A stretch of DNA of 64,000 nt from Paramecium tetraurelia (Eukaryota), in contig CT868668.1 of the NCBI GenBank assembly GCA_000165425.1, forward strand, positions 124,001 through 188,000, written 5' to 3'. The notes under the pieces are model-generated. The model did not search any database, was not told where the DNA came from, and saw nothing but the letters and a program-made list of their open reading frames with translations. Positions 12,565 to 25,452 of this stretch are shown here, in pieces. Each line of letters opens with the position of its first letter. Position 1 is the stretch's first letter. The position numbers were made by a program, and so were the translations under genes.

Positions 12565-14867
12565 TCAATCATAATGGACTTTCTTCATTCCCTATTTCAC
12601 AATCTCTCTGTCACATCTAGGTCCTCCCACTAAACAGGAAATTACTGTTATTGGATCTATGCTAAACCTTTTGCTGTAATTCTTATAGTCAAACTCTTTT
12701 ACAATTCTAGTTACTTATTCATCATCCAAATGTTATAACTTAATATATTTTATGATTTACTTTTATTTTTAGTTTATTTAGTTAAGAGTTACATTTATCG
12801 TAAGAATGAATGGCTTGCTCCTTTAAAACAGTTGAGGAGTCGTTAATTTGAGACACATCCATAGATCCTTATTATTTTATATGTTATTTGATTCTTTTTT
12901 AAGTCTCTCTATAAATGAGTGTCCCATTTGTCACTGGCAAATTCTTTTGGTTTAACCTTGTTAACATATTTTCTAAATTCTCTACATCTTCATTTGTTAA
13001 ACCTAAAGTAATGGGACCTAACTTATCGAGTTAATAAGTATTTCGGCTACTCTTGGTTGCTTCTAATCTTGCCTATGTCAAATCAATTGCTGATAGTTTA
13101 TGACTATCATAAGGGAAGATGGATGGCAATGACGATACCTCTAAAGAATCATTATGAGATAAGCTTTATTGTATTATAGCCAAACTATTATCAAGGGATT
13201 ATTCTTGTTTGTATTATTTGAAAGATTCACTCAACTCTTTTTCTAATTAGTCTATTTCTTATAACATAAGAGCTTTCTTTATGATATATAAATTATACTT
13301 GCAATAAAAATTCCTTTGATTTTTAATCTAAATATTCTGGGAAACATGAATAAGAGGATTTCTCATTTAGTGAATTCAGTCTTGATACAACCCAGGCTAT
13401 TCCTGTGTTTCTAACATCTTAACCATTTTTCAGGACTTAGAAATAAAAGTTTATAAGACATCTTTATAAATTCTTATTCTCCTTTTTTTTAATTTGGATA
13501 TCAGAATCTATTTATTCTAATGTTTTTTTATTAAAAAGTATTTTATGTTTATATGCTATTCTGCTTTCTCTTAAGACATTCAAATCTTATTATAACTCCT
13601 TTTCTTTATTTTACTAAGACATAAATTGGTTGACTAAAGACATTCGGGATTTACTCATTTACATACTGGTTGGTAACTTAGGATCCTTCATATCTTATAT
13701 TTCCTATTACAATTGTTAAGATAACTATTTAATTTGAATAACTTTATCATGAAAATCATGAGTTTCCAATCTTAGTTTCTCTTATGCTGTGACTCTAGCA
13801 TCAATAATAGTTTCATTTTGTCTAATCTTTTGAATTAATTTATTGGCTATTAATTATGATTATTTTTTATAAAATTTAGCCTTTTCAGCTTCTGATTTGA
13901 ATTACGAAATCTGAACTTTAACAAGAGTATTATACATTCTTTAAATATCCTCATTGGTGTAATCGAAATTTGTAGTAAGGCCTTTCTCTTCATCAACATT
14001 AAGTTCTCCAATTTCTTTAAGTTCATTTAAGGCTACTGTTGATGCTTTCTATAGATATTATTCCACAGAACGTTCAACACTCAGATCTCCATTTAAACCC
14101 TTAAGCTATTTGGCCTTAGAAACTGCATTTTTCAAAGCATCCTTATAAGATTTAGGAGTATTTTGAGAATTCGTAGGTGAGCTTGATTTGTCAATCTTTA
14201 AGTGCCTGGTTCCCTATTGTCGAAGCAAAGGCTTCTTTATCTCAGTTTACGCTCTCTCTTTGCTTCTAGGCAGAGAGATTAGTGCTTCAGTCTCTACTTT
14301 GTTATTTTATAACTTCTTCTTTTATTCCTTCATTTTCTTTGTCCATTATTTAAGGTCTGTCAATTAATCTTGAGATTCATCATATTCTTTTGACTGAGTG
14401 GCTAGGGATTCCTCTTTAACTTTTTATTTCCTCTTTAGTACTTCACCATCAGAATTGTCTTCCAGCTGTTCATAAATTTCGGAGAGAAGTAACTGTTTAT
14501 CTGGCTCTTTGGCTAATTGAGATCTGACTTGCCTTTCAATTTCATTCCTTTCATTTTTTTTGTATAGTTTAGTTATCTTTAATGCTTGTAAGTCATACAT
14601 ACTGTGAACTGATTTGAATTGAATTCCTGGTTTGTCTTCCCCTTTTGGGATGTCATAACTTTTGATAGAGTTAAATTGATCTTGGAGCAGTTTCTTACAG
14701 ATATCTTGAATGGCTAATTCACCAATACAGTTTGTGAGAGATTTGCTCTTCCTCATTAGTTCATGTGCATTTGATACAATTTTTATAGCTTTGTATCCTT
14801 TATGCTATCCTACTTCCCCTTAAACCTGCATGATTTAATTCATGCGCTATCTGCGAATAGATTACAT
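12565..14867 (-). CDS. Hypothetical coiled-coil protein (~730 aa)
   Basis: Long code-6 frame containing track ORF 14424..14756. Ends IDPITVISCLVGGPRCDREIVKQGMKKVHYD-TGA. Confidence 0.7.
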
Positions 14868-14880
14868 TATTAAATTAATT

Positions 14881-15972
14881 ATGGAGTAAGCATTCAGACA
14901 TAAAATTTCTATTGCACCGATGATTGATATTACTTATGAACACTTCAGAGTGTTCTTTAGGCTACTGACTAAGAATTGTGTTCTATACACAGAGATGATT
15001 CACGAAAATGCTATTAATTTAAGTCGAGTGTTAAAGCCATTTCCACTAGTATTAGACTATTCATAAGTTGAACATCCAGTGGTTTGCTAATTGGGAGGCA
15101 ATGACCCAGAAAAATTGGCTAAGGCTGCTTAAATTGCAGAATAAGCAGGATTTGATGAAATTAATCTTAATGTTGGATGTCCTTCTGAGAGAGTTTAGGA
15201 TGGTGCTTTTGGGGCTTGTTTAATGAAGGAGCCTCATTTAGTGGCTCAGTGTATGAAAAAGATGAAAGAAGCTGTGAAAATACCATGTACATTGAAGTGC
15301 AGACTTGGAGTTGATAACTTAGACTCATACGAGTTTGTGAGAAATTTTGTTGAAATAGTATACAAAGAAGGTGAGGTTAATCATTTTATAATGCATGCTC
15401 GTAAAGCATTCCTAAAAGGGTTGAATCCACATGAAAATAGAACAGTTCCACCACTGAAATACGATTGGGGTATAATTGCTATACATTTAAAATAGTTTAT
15501 TAATTAAAGAAAGAATTTCCTGAAATTAAGTTTACTTTAAATGGGGGTATTAAATGTACTGAACATATTGATTAAGTTTTGCCAAATGTGGATGGTATTA
15601 TGATTGGTAGATCAGCCCATGAGAATCCATGGATGTTTAGTGATTTTGATAGACTATACTACGGTGGAGAGAATTAGAATTACAATAGAAAGGAGATATT
15701 AGAAGTAAGAATTATTATGTATAATCAAGCAATATGCAGAGTTTGTGGAAGAGAAGAGGGCAACTGGTTGTAAGGTATCAACTCAAATGTGTGTAAAACC
15801 AATAATTAACCTATTCAATGGTGAATCCAACAACAAAAGATATAGACAGTTCTTAAGCAACACTGATAATCACAAATTGGGATTTAGAGGGATGATAAAT
15901 CAAGTTATTGAACATATGCATGAGTGGAACCAGGAAGCATTGTTGGTCAGACCTAATGATTATAAATTCTGA
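14881..15972 (+). CDS. dusA: tRNA-dihydrouridine synthase, DusA type
   Basis: [88 protein letters not shown]. Confidence 0.92.
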
Positions 15973-15997
15973 TATTAAATTTAATCGTTAAAAAAAA

Positions 15998-17759
15998 ATG
16001 GATATTGTAGAGGAAGTTTGTAAGGATAAAACCGTGCGTTAATATGTGAAGGGCAAGTTCTTAGGGAAAGGAGGGTTCGCAAAATGCTATGAATTTTAGC
16101 ATGGAGAATAAACTTATGCTAGCAAAATCATTAGCAAGGCAAGTCTTACCAGATCAAGGGCAAGATAAAAATTGATGTCTGAAATCAAAATTCATCGTAG
16201 TCTTTAGCATCAAAATATTGTTGGGTTCAATCGATATTTTGAGGATGATGAAAATGTTTATATATTATTAGAATTATGCACTAATCAGACTATGAATGAG
16301 TTACTCAAAAGAAGAAAAAGATTAACTGAACTTGAAGTGTAATGTTATCTTATGTAAATACTAATTGCACTTTAGTATTTACATAAGCATAAAGTTATAC
16401 ATAGAGATTTAAAATTAGGCAATCTCTTCTTGTCTGATAAAATGGAAGTCAAATTGGGAGATTTTGGGTTAGCTACTCTTATAGAATTTGAAGGTGAAAG
16501 AAAACGTACTGTTTGTGGTACTCCTAATTACATTGCACCAGAAATCTTGGAATCTAAAAATGGCCATAGTTTTGAAGTTGATATTTGGTCATTCGGTGTT
16601 ATAGCTTATACTCTTTTGGTTGGCAAACCTCCTTTTGAAACCACTGATGTCAAAACAACCTACAGAAGAATCAAAATGAATGCATACTAATTCCCTGAAT
16701 CTTGTATAATTAGCAATGGAGCTAGACAACTAATAAGTAAGATCCTAGTTACTGAACCATCCAAGAGATTGACTCTCTAAGAAATATAAGATCATGAATT
16801 CTTTCATGGCCTTATTCCATAATTGTTACCTTTGAGTACCTTAGCTTGTCCACCATCCTCGTAATACACGAGGTAGTATCAAAAATAGTAATCTACCAGT
16901 ATACCAAAATTTGAAAACACTGAAAAACGACCTCTTGATCTCAAATAACGTCCTCACTATGCAAGTATGGATAGAATTCCTTTACGTTCCAATATTGAAA
17001 GTTGTCTTAATTAAAATTATGTCATTTAAGAACCCTAAGTCTATGTTAAAAAATGGTATTTATTATATTTATTTCTCAGGGTTGATTATTCAAGCAAGTA
17101 TGGATTGGGGTATGTGTTTAATAATTTGCAATGTGGAGTCTTTTACAACGACTGTTCCAAAATGCTGATGTTGAATGACGAGTAATTTTATCATTTAACA
17201 TTATAGCAAATACATTTATATTGATAGAAATGGAGAAGAAAAGGAAGGAACTCTTAGAGAACAAACTCCTGAGATGTAAAAGAAATCCACTTTGATGATT
17301 CATTTTAAAGGATATTTAATTGAGAATGAAATTGTTAGTGAAACTGATCAATAATTTTGGTAAAAAGTTTATGTTAAAAAATGGATGAAGGCAAAACATG
17401 CCATCATTTTTCGATTGTCTGACAAGACTGTTTAAGTCATTTTTCACGATAACACACAGATTATATTGACCTAACAATTAAAAGTGGTTACTTATATTGA
17501 TAAAGAATTAGTTAAATCAACATATATGTTGAATACTGCTTTAGAAAGTGAAAATAACTAAATGGTCAAAAGACTCAAATACACTAAGGAAATTCTAAGT
17601 TAGATGCTTAGTGGTATGAATAATCATGGAACTGCTCCTTAGGTTGAGGCTTAACAGCCAAAGCCGTTGTAAGAAAGGGCTAACACTTTATCTTCGTTAA
17701 ATTAACAAAACCTATATAGTAGCACTTCAAGATTGAAAAATTCTCTTCACAATAAATGA
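15998..17759 (+). CDS. PLK: Polo-like kinase (kinase domain plus two polo boxes)
   Basis: [39 protein letters not shown]. Polo boxes [16 protein letters not shown] and [25 protein letters not shown]. Confidence 0.95.
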
Positions 17760-18143
17760 TTATTCTATAACTTACTAAAATTAAACATATAATTACAATT
17801 AAAATAATATAATTTCCCTATTAGAGTTTTTAGTTTCATTAATTTTAAATTATATTTTATAATCATAAATTGCATAATCCATATCAATCAAATTATAGAT
17901 TTAATTTGATTTACAACACTCTTAATGATAAGAAATGGAACTTCTATGCATTTTTTATACCTCAAATTGATATGGCAAAAGACATTCATTCATATAAATA
18001 CCAGCTCAATTTTATTAAATAAAATGGATTTTTATATTTATTCATTAAAGACTCATGTGACGTTGTTCTATTGATTATGTTATTTCATTTATGGTCTAAA
18101 GACTTGATAATAATCTATTATTTGATTATATAATTTTTATATT

Positions 18144-20121
18144 ATGAGAAGTCATGCCAAATAGTTAACGATTATATAAGAAAATCATTTCTAAAACCAA
18201 ATCTTGGAAATAACAAAACTAATACGTATAAACAGTTTTAAAACTAAAGGTTAGGGAAAGTACAAAACTGGATTTGCATTAATTAACAAGGAATTTGAGA
18301 GATCATTGATTATGCAAACAGGATGGCGCATTCGTATTCAATTACTAAGAAGGGGAATAGTGTGCCTGATCAAGATTCTAAAGTAGTATTCTAGAGATGG
18401 GAACAAATAAGAAAGTTAATTGAACTTGGTGAGAAAGTTACAGCAATTCCTATTGTTTTATGTTGAGATGTTACAAAACTAGGCTCAGGAATATAGTAAA
18501 AATTGATAAGAAATTTAATAGAAAAGTTTTATTTGAAGGATATTCTTTATAGATTTTCTTAAATTTAAATGCTGACATTTTAATTGTCAAAATAACATGA
18601 AGATGTTCGATGTGTACTTTACTGGAAGCCAACTTGTTATTATAAGGATTCTCGATTCAATAAATTAAAATTTTAGTATAACCTAATGGTAGGACATCTG
18701 CATTTTCAGTTCAAGCTATTCGAGCCTGCTATTTCCTATTATTATGAAGCCATAACTGAATGTTAATTTCTTCTGATGGACATAATTAATCAAGATTACC
18801 ACCTTAAAACCTTGGAAGATGAATATTTCAAAGTAATTTCATGGATTGTTCTTACACTCTATATTGTTGGTTTTATTTATGAATTGCAATCAGATTATAA
18901 TAAATTATTAGAAACCTATAAAATAGCATTGTGGTTGTCACAAATAACAAATAATACTGGTTTATCCACTTTCATTGATGAACAATATTATCAATACTCA
19001 AACAAAGTAAGATTTGCAAGCCTAATTATTTTAGTACAGAAAATTCATGTTGGAAATCAAGGAAGTCAATTAAATCTTGGCTCCAATATTTCCCCAATCC
19101 AATCATTAAAATACTGAAGACACAAGCAATGATTATTGGACCAAAATAAACGATGGGTTTTATAGAAAATACAATAAGGAGATCAATGTAAACTTATATT
19201 CCATCTTACAACAACCTGAAGATTCTGTTTATAATAAAAAATTGTTCAGATTAACTGAATAAGAAACCACAATCTAGTCCAATATTCACACTCCTCGTTA
19301 ATACGAGAAATGTAGAACATTCAATTCACTGGATGATGTAAAGATCAGTAAACAGACTACTAATAACCCTTCACCTCAACACTCTCACAGAACTCCCATT
19401 ATAACACATTAGAAAAGTAAATCTTTTAAGTTCACATCCGACATTGATTAAATTCTTAAGAGATTGCCGCAAAGGGAAATTGAAACTTTTTCTTCCCTGA
19501 AGGCAAAAAAAGAATTAGACCTGTATTACCAATAAAAAGTTCTCACTTCTTTTGAAAGTGCAAATTAGATAAAATCTTTAAAATCAGTTAAACAGCAGAT
19601 ATCCTCATAGGAAGAAATAGATAAAGTGTGCTAATCGGATCTAATAGTGGGAAAAAAACTATTAAAATTTTAGAAGTACACTCATCAAAGAGTAGCAACT
19701 CATTCGAACATCATGAAGATTATTTCCGATATATCCAAAGAACAAGAGCATTTAGAAGGTATCAATACAGCTAGATTGGCATTATAAGGAACTTAAGACA
19801 TAGAGGATAAAATGAGATTTTAAATATAATAAATCATAAAAAAATAGTCTATATTTAATGAAGGAGAATTGATGGTAATATTTATGTCATTCTAATTAGA
19901 ATCTTAAATCATTGGTTTCGGATTATGAGTAAAATTTATCTAAAGCACATACAATACACGAGCTACCTATTGAATAATCACAAATTTCTAAAAGATTAAG
20001 AGAGAAAAATAACTTAATTGTTAAATCAATTGATTAAACCATCAAAAGAATACCATTAGAACAATTGAAAACAAGAAAGTCTTTTTTATCTCGTGTGTAA
20101 GAAAGTATGCTTAAAAAATGA
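18144..20121 (+). CDS. Hypothetical helical (TPR-like) protein, distant paralog of 45931..49124
   Basis: Code-6 frame MRSHAKQ...with 3 tiny introns, ending KSFLSRVQESMLKK-TGA. Includes track ORF 18776..19117 up to an intron. Confidence 0.72.
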
Positions 20122-20156
20122 ATAAATATATATTAATTTTATTATTATTTATATTT

Positions 20157-20400
20157 ATGGGAAATAATGTAGTTATTACTTAAGAAACAGGTATTATACT
20201 AATTAATTCCTAGTATAAATAAAAGAAAAAAAATGTCATGACAAATATGATGATTTCTTATTGTGTTAGAGAGAGTATGGATTTAATGACTTGAAATGTA
20301 GAAGTAGTGAATTTTACTATTTTTAGATTATTATCTCAAGAAATATGAATAATGTATTAAGAAATTAGACAATATGAAATTATAAATTTAACGAACATGA
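20157..20400 (+). CDS. 65-aa twin-Cys (CX9C/CX10C, CHCH-like) microprotein, 2 introns
   Basis: MGNNVVITQETVQIKEKKCHDKYDDFLLCQREYGFNDLKCRNYYLKKYEQCIKKLDNMKLQIQRT-TGA after removing two 23-nt GT-AG introns. Confidence 0.75.
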
Positions 20401-20404
20401 ATTA

Positions 20405-21270
20405 TCAATCTATTTCAATACCTTAAGATCTAAGACTTTTCAGAACTAGAGCCTCACAATCAATCAAGTAGACCTTTCCATCTCTATCTTAATCAGCAAT
20501 TTCCATCCACATCTCTACATTTTCCCTTGTAGGTTCAATCTTCATCCCCATATTGTTATAAGTTTCCATCAACAATAGAATGAAATGCTTTTCTGTAATG
20601 AATCCATTATTTTCTGAGTCCAGCATTTTAAATATCCTTCTTGCCACTTGTAATCTAGCTTCAGCTAATTTACTGTATTTTTGAGGTTTATTTTAAGTTA
20701 CAGAAGGTAGAACACATGACTACTTTGCAACTTATTTATTAGATTGGATAGAAGTTGAAGAACTTTAGGTTGACTTTTAGGACCCCCATCTCCTGTATGG
20801 AGATTGATATTATCATTTTGAAGGTGTATCTGCTTTATCTTCAGCCTTTAGAGTATTTAATTCAATAGACTGTGCTGTTTTATCGTTTGAAATCAGCGAT
20901 TTCAGTAGTTGAGATTTCTCCACCGAAGTATTTAAAACATAAGAGTTCAATATCGTCTACTGATATTTTTCCCTTTCCCTCTCCCAGTTTATTAAATAAA
21001 ATCGTTTACTATCAAATATTTCAGCATATCCTTTTTTTTGACATCAGTTTGAGATGGACTAAAATCAATATTGATGGATTTATAGCAATCAGATTGTAAA
21101 TTACCAGCATCTTTTATCTCCATCAAATCATTTTTATCTGAATCATAATGCTTTATGACTTTTTAAATCAACTCTTAACATTGATCTCTATTTATCAATC
21201 CAATAAAACATATTTCCTTAAATATTTATTAAAAAATCTTTATTATTCATAATATTACAGATTTATTCAT
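20405..21270 (-). pseudogene. EF-hand Ca-binding protein pseudogene
   Basis: EF-hands IFKMLDSENNGFITE and MADQDRDGKVYLID are intact at the 3' end. There is an in-frame TGA at 20813-20815 and frameshifts near 20880 and 21035. The 5' end is uncertain. Confidence 0.7.
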
Positions 21271-22143
21271 TCTATTAAACTAATATAATTCAATATTTAT
21301 TTATAAATTCTATAGATTATATTTTTATAAATTTTGATATTTATTTAAATTGTGACACTGGCTACCATATCCATTTTCCACTTTATGTCATCCCAAGGTA
21401 ATATTTTTAAGTAAAATCTTCTAATTTGAATTAAATTTAATGGATTATACAATATATTCTAGTTTTACTTTTAACATTAGTTTTAGAATTCTCATATGAA
21501 TAATTAGAATTAGAAATTAAAATATCAGACGTTTTATATGGATAGAATTTCAATCTTCTATTCAGTTACGAAAGGCAAATCGAAAAGTAAATGCATATTA
21601 AAATTTTTAGAAGACTAAACAACCTCAAAAAAAAGACTTCTAATACAAATAAAAAATATTGATATGTATGAAGAAGACTAAAGAATGACATCCATTATGG
21701 ATTAAATCCCAAGAATAATAAATAGTATAGAATGATAGTTGATATAATTTAATGGACTAGTTGTTCCTTAAAACTGAGATTCATTCATACTATTCTTGGT
21801 GGAAAATTCATCAAATGATGTTTATCTTAGACTCGCAACAAGCAGATATTATCTATAGATCAATTTAAAATGACAAAATGACAAAATCACTCTCAAAAGA
21901 AATATCATTAGTTATTATATAGGTATTATTTATAAATAATATGTCTAATTAATCTTATTTTTTAAACTATCATAATGCTTTCTATTTAAGTATTCAAAAT
22001 TGACTATATGCATATATCTATTTTTGATTTTATTGAAATTTATTATAGAACAATGTTCGCTTATAGGTTTAAGTAGTTTGGATTCTGATGCTAGTAGAAT
22101 TGAAGAGAACTTGTTTATAATGTAATTTTTTTTATAATAATAA

Positions 22144-25100
22144 TCAATATTATTTATTTTGTTACGCTATTTAGCTTTCTAAAATGAAACTCCCTTTGGT
22201 TTAGAACAACTATTGCAAATCTACTCCCAAATAATTTACAAATTGTCCTTTCAAGATTAAAGCTCCTTTGACTTCCAAAATTGGATTTTGGCATATTCTG
22301 AGTATTGTACGATCAATGTTAGCTGAAAATAATATTAATAAAAACCTTTATTTCTAATTGATGGATTCTAATTTGATATTGTAAATTAAGAAATAATCTC
22401 GTTTTAAAAAATATATTTTGGTTGAATCTCCTTTACTGTTCTAATATCCCATAATCTGATAGAGCTATCATCACTACCAGATGCTACTGTAGTACCATCA
22501 GGTGAGAAACACACTGAATTAAAACAATTTGAATGTCCATCTAATTTGGCGAATTATTTTCCTGTTTTAACATCCCATAAACGGATAGACTTATCATTGC
22601 TACCAGATGCTAAAGTAGTACCATCAGGTGAGAAATACACTGAATATACAATCATTTTATAACCGTATAATTTAGCCTTTTATTATCCTGTCTTAGCATC
22701 CCATATACGAATAGACTTATCTTGACTGCCAGATACTAATAATATACCATCAGGTGAGAAACATACTGAGTTAACCTCATTAGTATGACCATCTAATTTG
22801 GCTAATTATTATTCTGTTTTAATATCCCAGAAACGGATAGACTTATCTGAACTACCAGATGCTAATATAGTACCATCAGGACAAAATTAAACTGATTTAA
22901 CCTAATCTGTATGACCATCTAATTTGGCTAATTATTATCCTGTCTTAACATCCCATAAATGGATGGATTTATCTGAACTACCAGATGCTAATGTTAAACC
23001 ATCAGTAGAGAATTAAACTGATTTAACCCAATTTGAATGACCATCTAATTTGGCTTTTTATTATCCTGTCTTAACATCCCAGAAACGGATAGAGTTATCT
23101 TCACTACCAGATGCTAATGTAGTACCATCAGGAGAGAAATTGACTGAATAAACTGTTTCTGAATGACCATCTAATTTGGCTTTTTATTATCCTGTCTTAA
23201 CATCCCATAAACGGATAGAGTTATCCAAACTACCAGAAGCTAATGTAGTACCATCAGGTGAAAAACACACTGAATTAACACTATTTGAATGACCATCTAA
23301 ATTGGCATTTTATTATCCTGTCTTAACATCCCATAAACGGATAGAGTTATCATAACTACCAGATGCTAATGTAGTACCATCAGGAGAGAAATTAATTGAA
23401 CTAACCGAAGTTGAATGACCATCTAATTTGGCTTTTTATTATCCTGTCTTAACATCCCATAAACGTATAGAGTTATCATCACTACCAGATGCTAATGTTA
23501 AACCATCAGTAGAGAATTAAACTGATTTAACCCAATTTGAATGACCATCAAATTTGGCTTTTTATTATCCTGTCTTAACATCCCATAAACGGATAGATTT
23601 ATCATCACTACCAGATGCTAATGTAGTACCATCAGGAGAAAAATTGACTGACCTTACATAATCTGAATGACCATCTAATTCGGCTTTTTATTATCCTGTC
23701 TTAACATCCCATAAACGGATAGAGTTATCATAACTACCAGATGCTAATGTAGTACCATCAGGAGAGAAATTAATTGAACTAACCGAAGTTGAATGACCCT
23801 TTAATTTGGCTTTTTATTATCCTGTCTTAGCATCCCATAAACGGATAGATTTATCACTACCAGATGCTAAATTAGTACCATCAGGAGAGAAACAAACTGA
23901 ATAGACAGTTTTAGTGTGACCGTCTAACTATGCTTTTTATTATCCTGTCTTAACATCCCATAAACGGATAGATTTATCATCACTACCAGATGCTAATGTA
24001 CTACCATCAGGAGAGAAATTAACTGAAGTAACCGAAGCTGAATGGCCATCTAATTTGGCTTTTTATTATCCTGTCTTAACATCCCATAAACGGATAGAGT
24101 TATCATCACTACCAGATGCTAATGTAGTACCATCAGGAGAGAAACAGACTGAATTAACACAATTTGTATGACCATCTAATCTATTTAACTCATGTATTTT
24201 TATTTTCATCCATTTACAATTTAACAATTATGCTTAATTCAAGTTCATTCCGCTAATATCTACATTATCAAATTCTGATTCATTCAAATTACAACCTACA
24301 AAATTTCCACCAACTAAAGAAGTATCTCTAATCTTGATATTTTCAAAAATTTATTCCCTCAAATTCACCTTCATTTTGACTAATAGGTAGAGAGAATTGG
24401 ATCCACATTAAATATTAGCTTTTTATCATTAGCTGTCAAATGTACTAGAAATTTCAAAAAATCAATGATTTGTTTTTCTGAAGATATTTTTTTTCATCAC
24501 GTTTTTACTAATTTATTCATTCTCTTTTAAAGAGTAGTTCTTTTTATTAAAGTCTATTTCATTAATATTTAAAATCACATTAGCGATAAATTTCAACTAT
24601 GTTTAATCTTTAATTTATTTAGAAAAGAATTCTAAACAATTTGTAATTTTCTCTTTTTTCAACATAGCAATTATTTCATTTAAGAAGGATCCGTCAATAT
24701 TCTTAGTCTAAATCAACACCTCATACAAATCCTTCTTTCTCTTATAAACCTGTTCTATTAGTGTTATTGATTGAGTGTTCTCCTGTGAATTACCTACCAT
24801 TGTAATTAATTACATAATCGATTTCCTTTCTTTATTTAACCTTTCACAAAATGCCCTAGTTTCTTAATCTAAACAAGCCTTTGTAAACTCTAACCTCTTC
24901 AAATAAGAATTTTTCTTCTCTTTCCAAAAATCTAATGATTTTCCTTCTACAATTTGGACTAATTTTTCTAAATCAGTATTTGACAATTCTGTTGGATTCA
25001 CATTATTGCTAATGATTTTTTAATAAGATTTATCTTCCATCTCTATCATATCAAATATCTACTTGATTGATTCTGTTAATTGATCCCAAATTTACTTCAA

Positions 25101-25355
25101 CATATTCTAAGTTGAAGAAAGGATGGTCTTGAAATTCAATATTTATGCTGTTAATTCTAATTCATTATTAGGTTTAGATAATTCTAATTTCTAGGTCACT
25201 AATTCTTAAAATTTTTTAATTGGAGCAATATATAATTTCACATCCACTTCGTGTTCAAAAAGACACTCGCCACAAAGTTTCCTCTAAAATTTACACTTGT
25301 GGGGAGCTAAGCAGATCAGTTATATTTGATTTCCGATATGATAAGCGCAACTCAT
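22144..25355 (-). CDS. Cys/His-rich N-terminus + helical region + pentapeptide-like repeats + 14 WD40 repeats (apparent frameshifts near 24415 and 24490)
   Basis: [97 protein letters not shown]; repeats [42 protein letters not shown]. Confidence 0.88.
22430..24180 (-). repeat. 14 tandem ~126-bp WD40-coding repeats with very high nucleotide identity
   Basis: The unit ...cctgtcttaacatcccataaacggataga..ttatca..actaccagatgctaatgtagtaccatcagg... recurs every 126 nt. One unit is 123 nt. Confidence 0.95.
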
Positions 25356-25452
25356 AATCTAGTAAAAAAAATAATGAATTTCTATTACAATTCTTTTTTC
25401 GAATTATGCTTTCACTTATGGATTATTGAATAAATATGCCAACAATTCTTAA

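Noticed and set aside
22430..24180. Regular repeats resembling a CRISPR array or satellite
   Set aside because: Units are 126 nt, in frame, and encode WD40 blades. There are no unique spacers or cas genes, and the context is eukaryotic.
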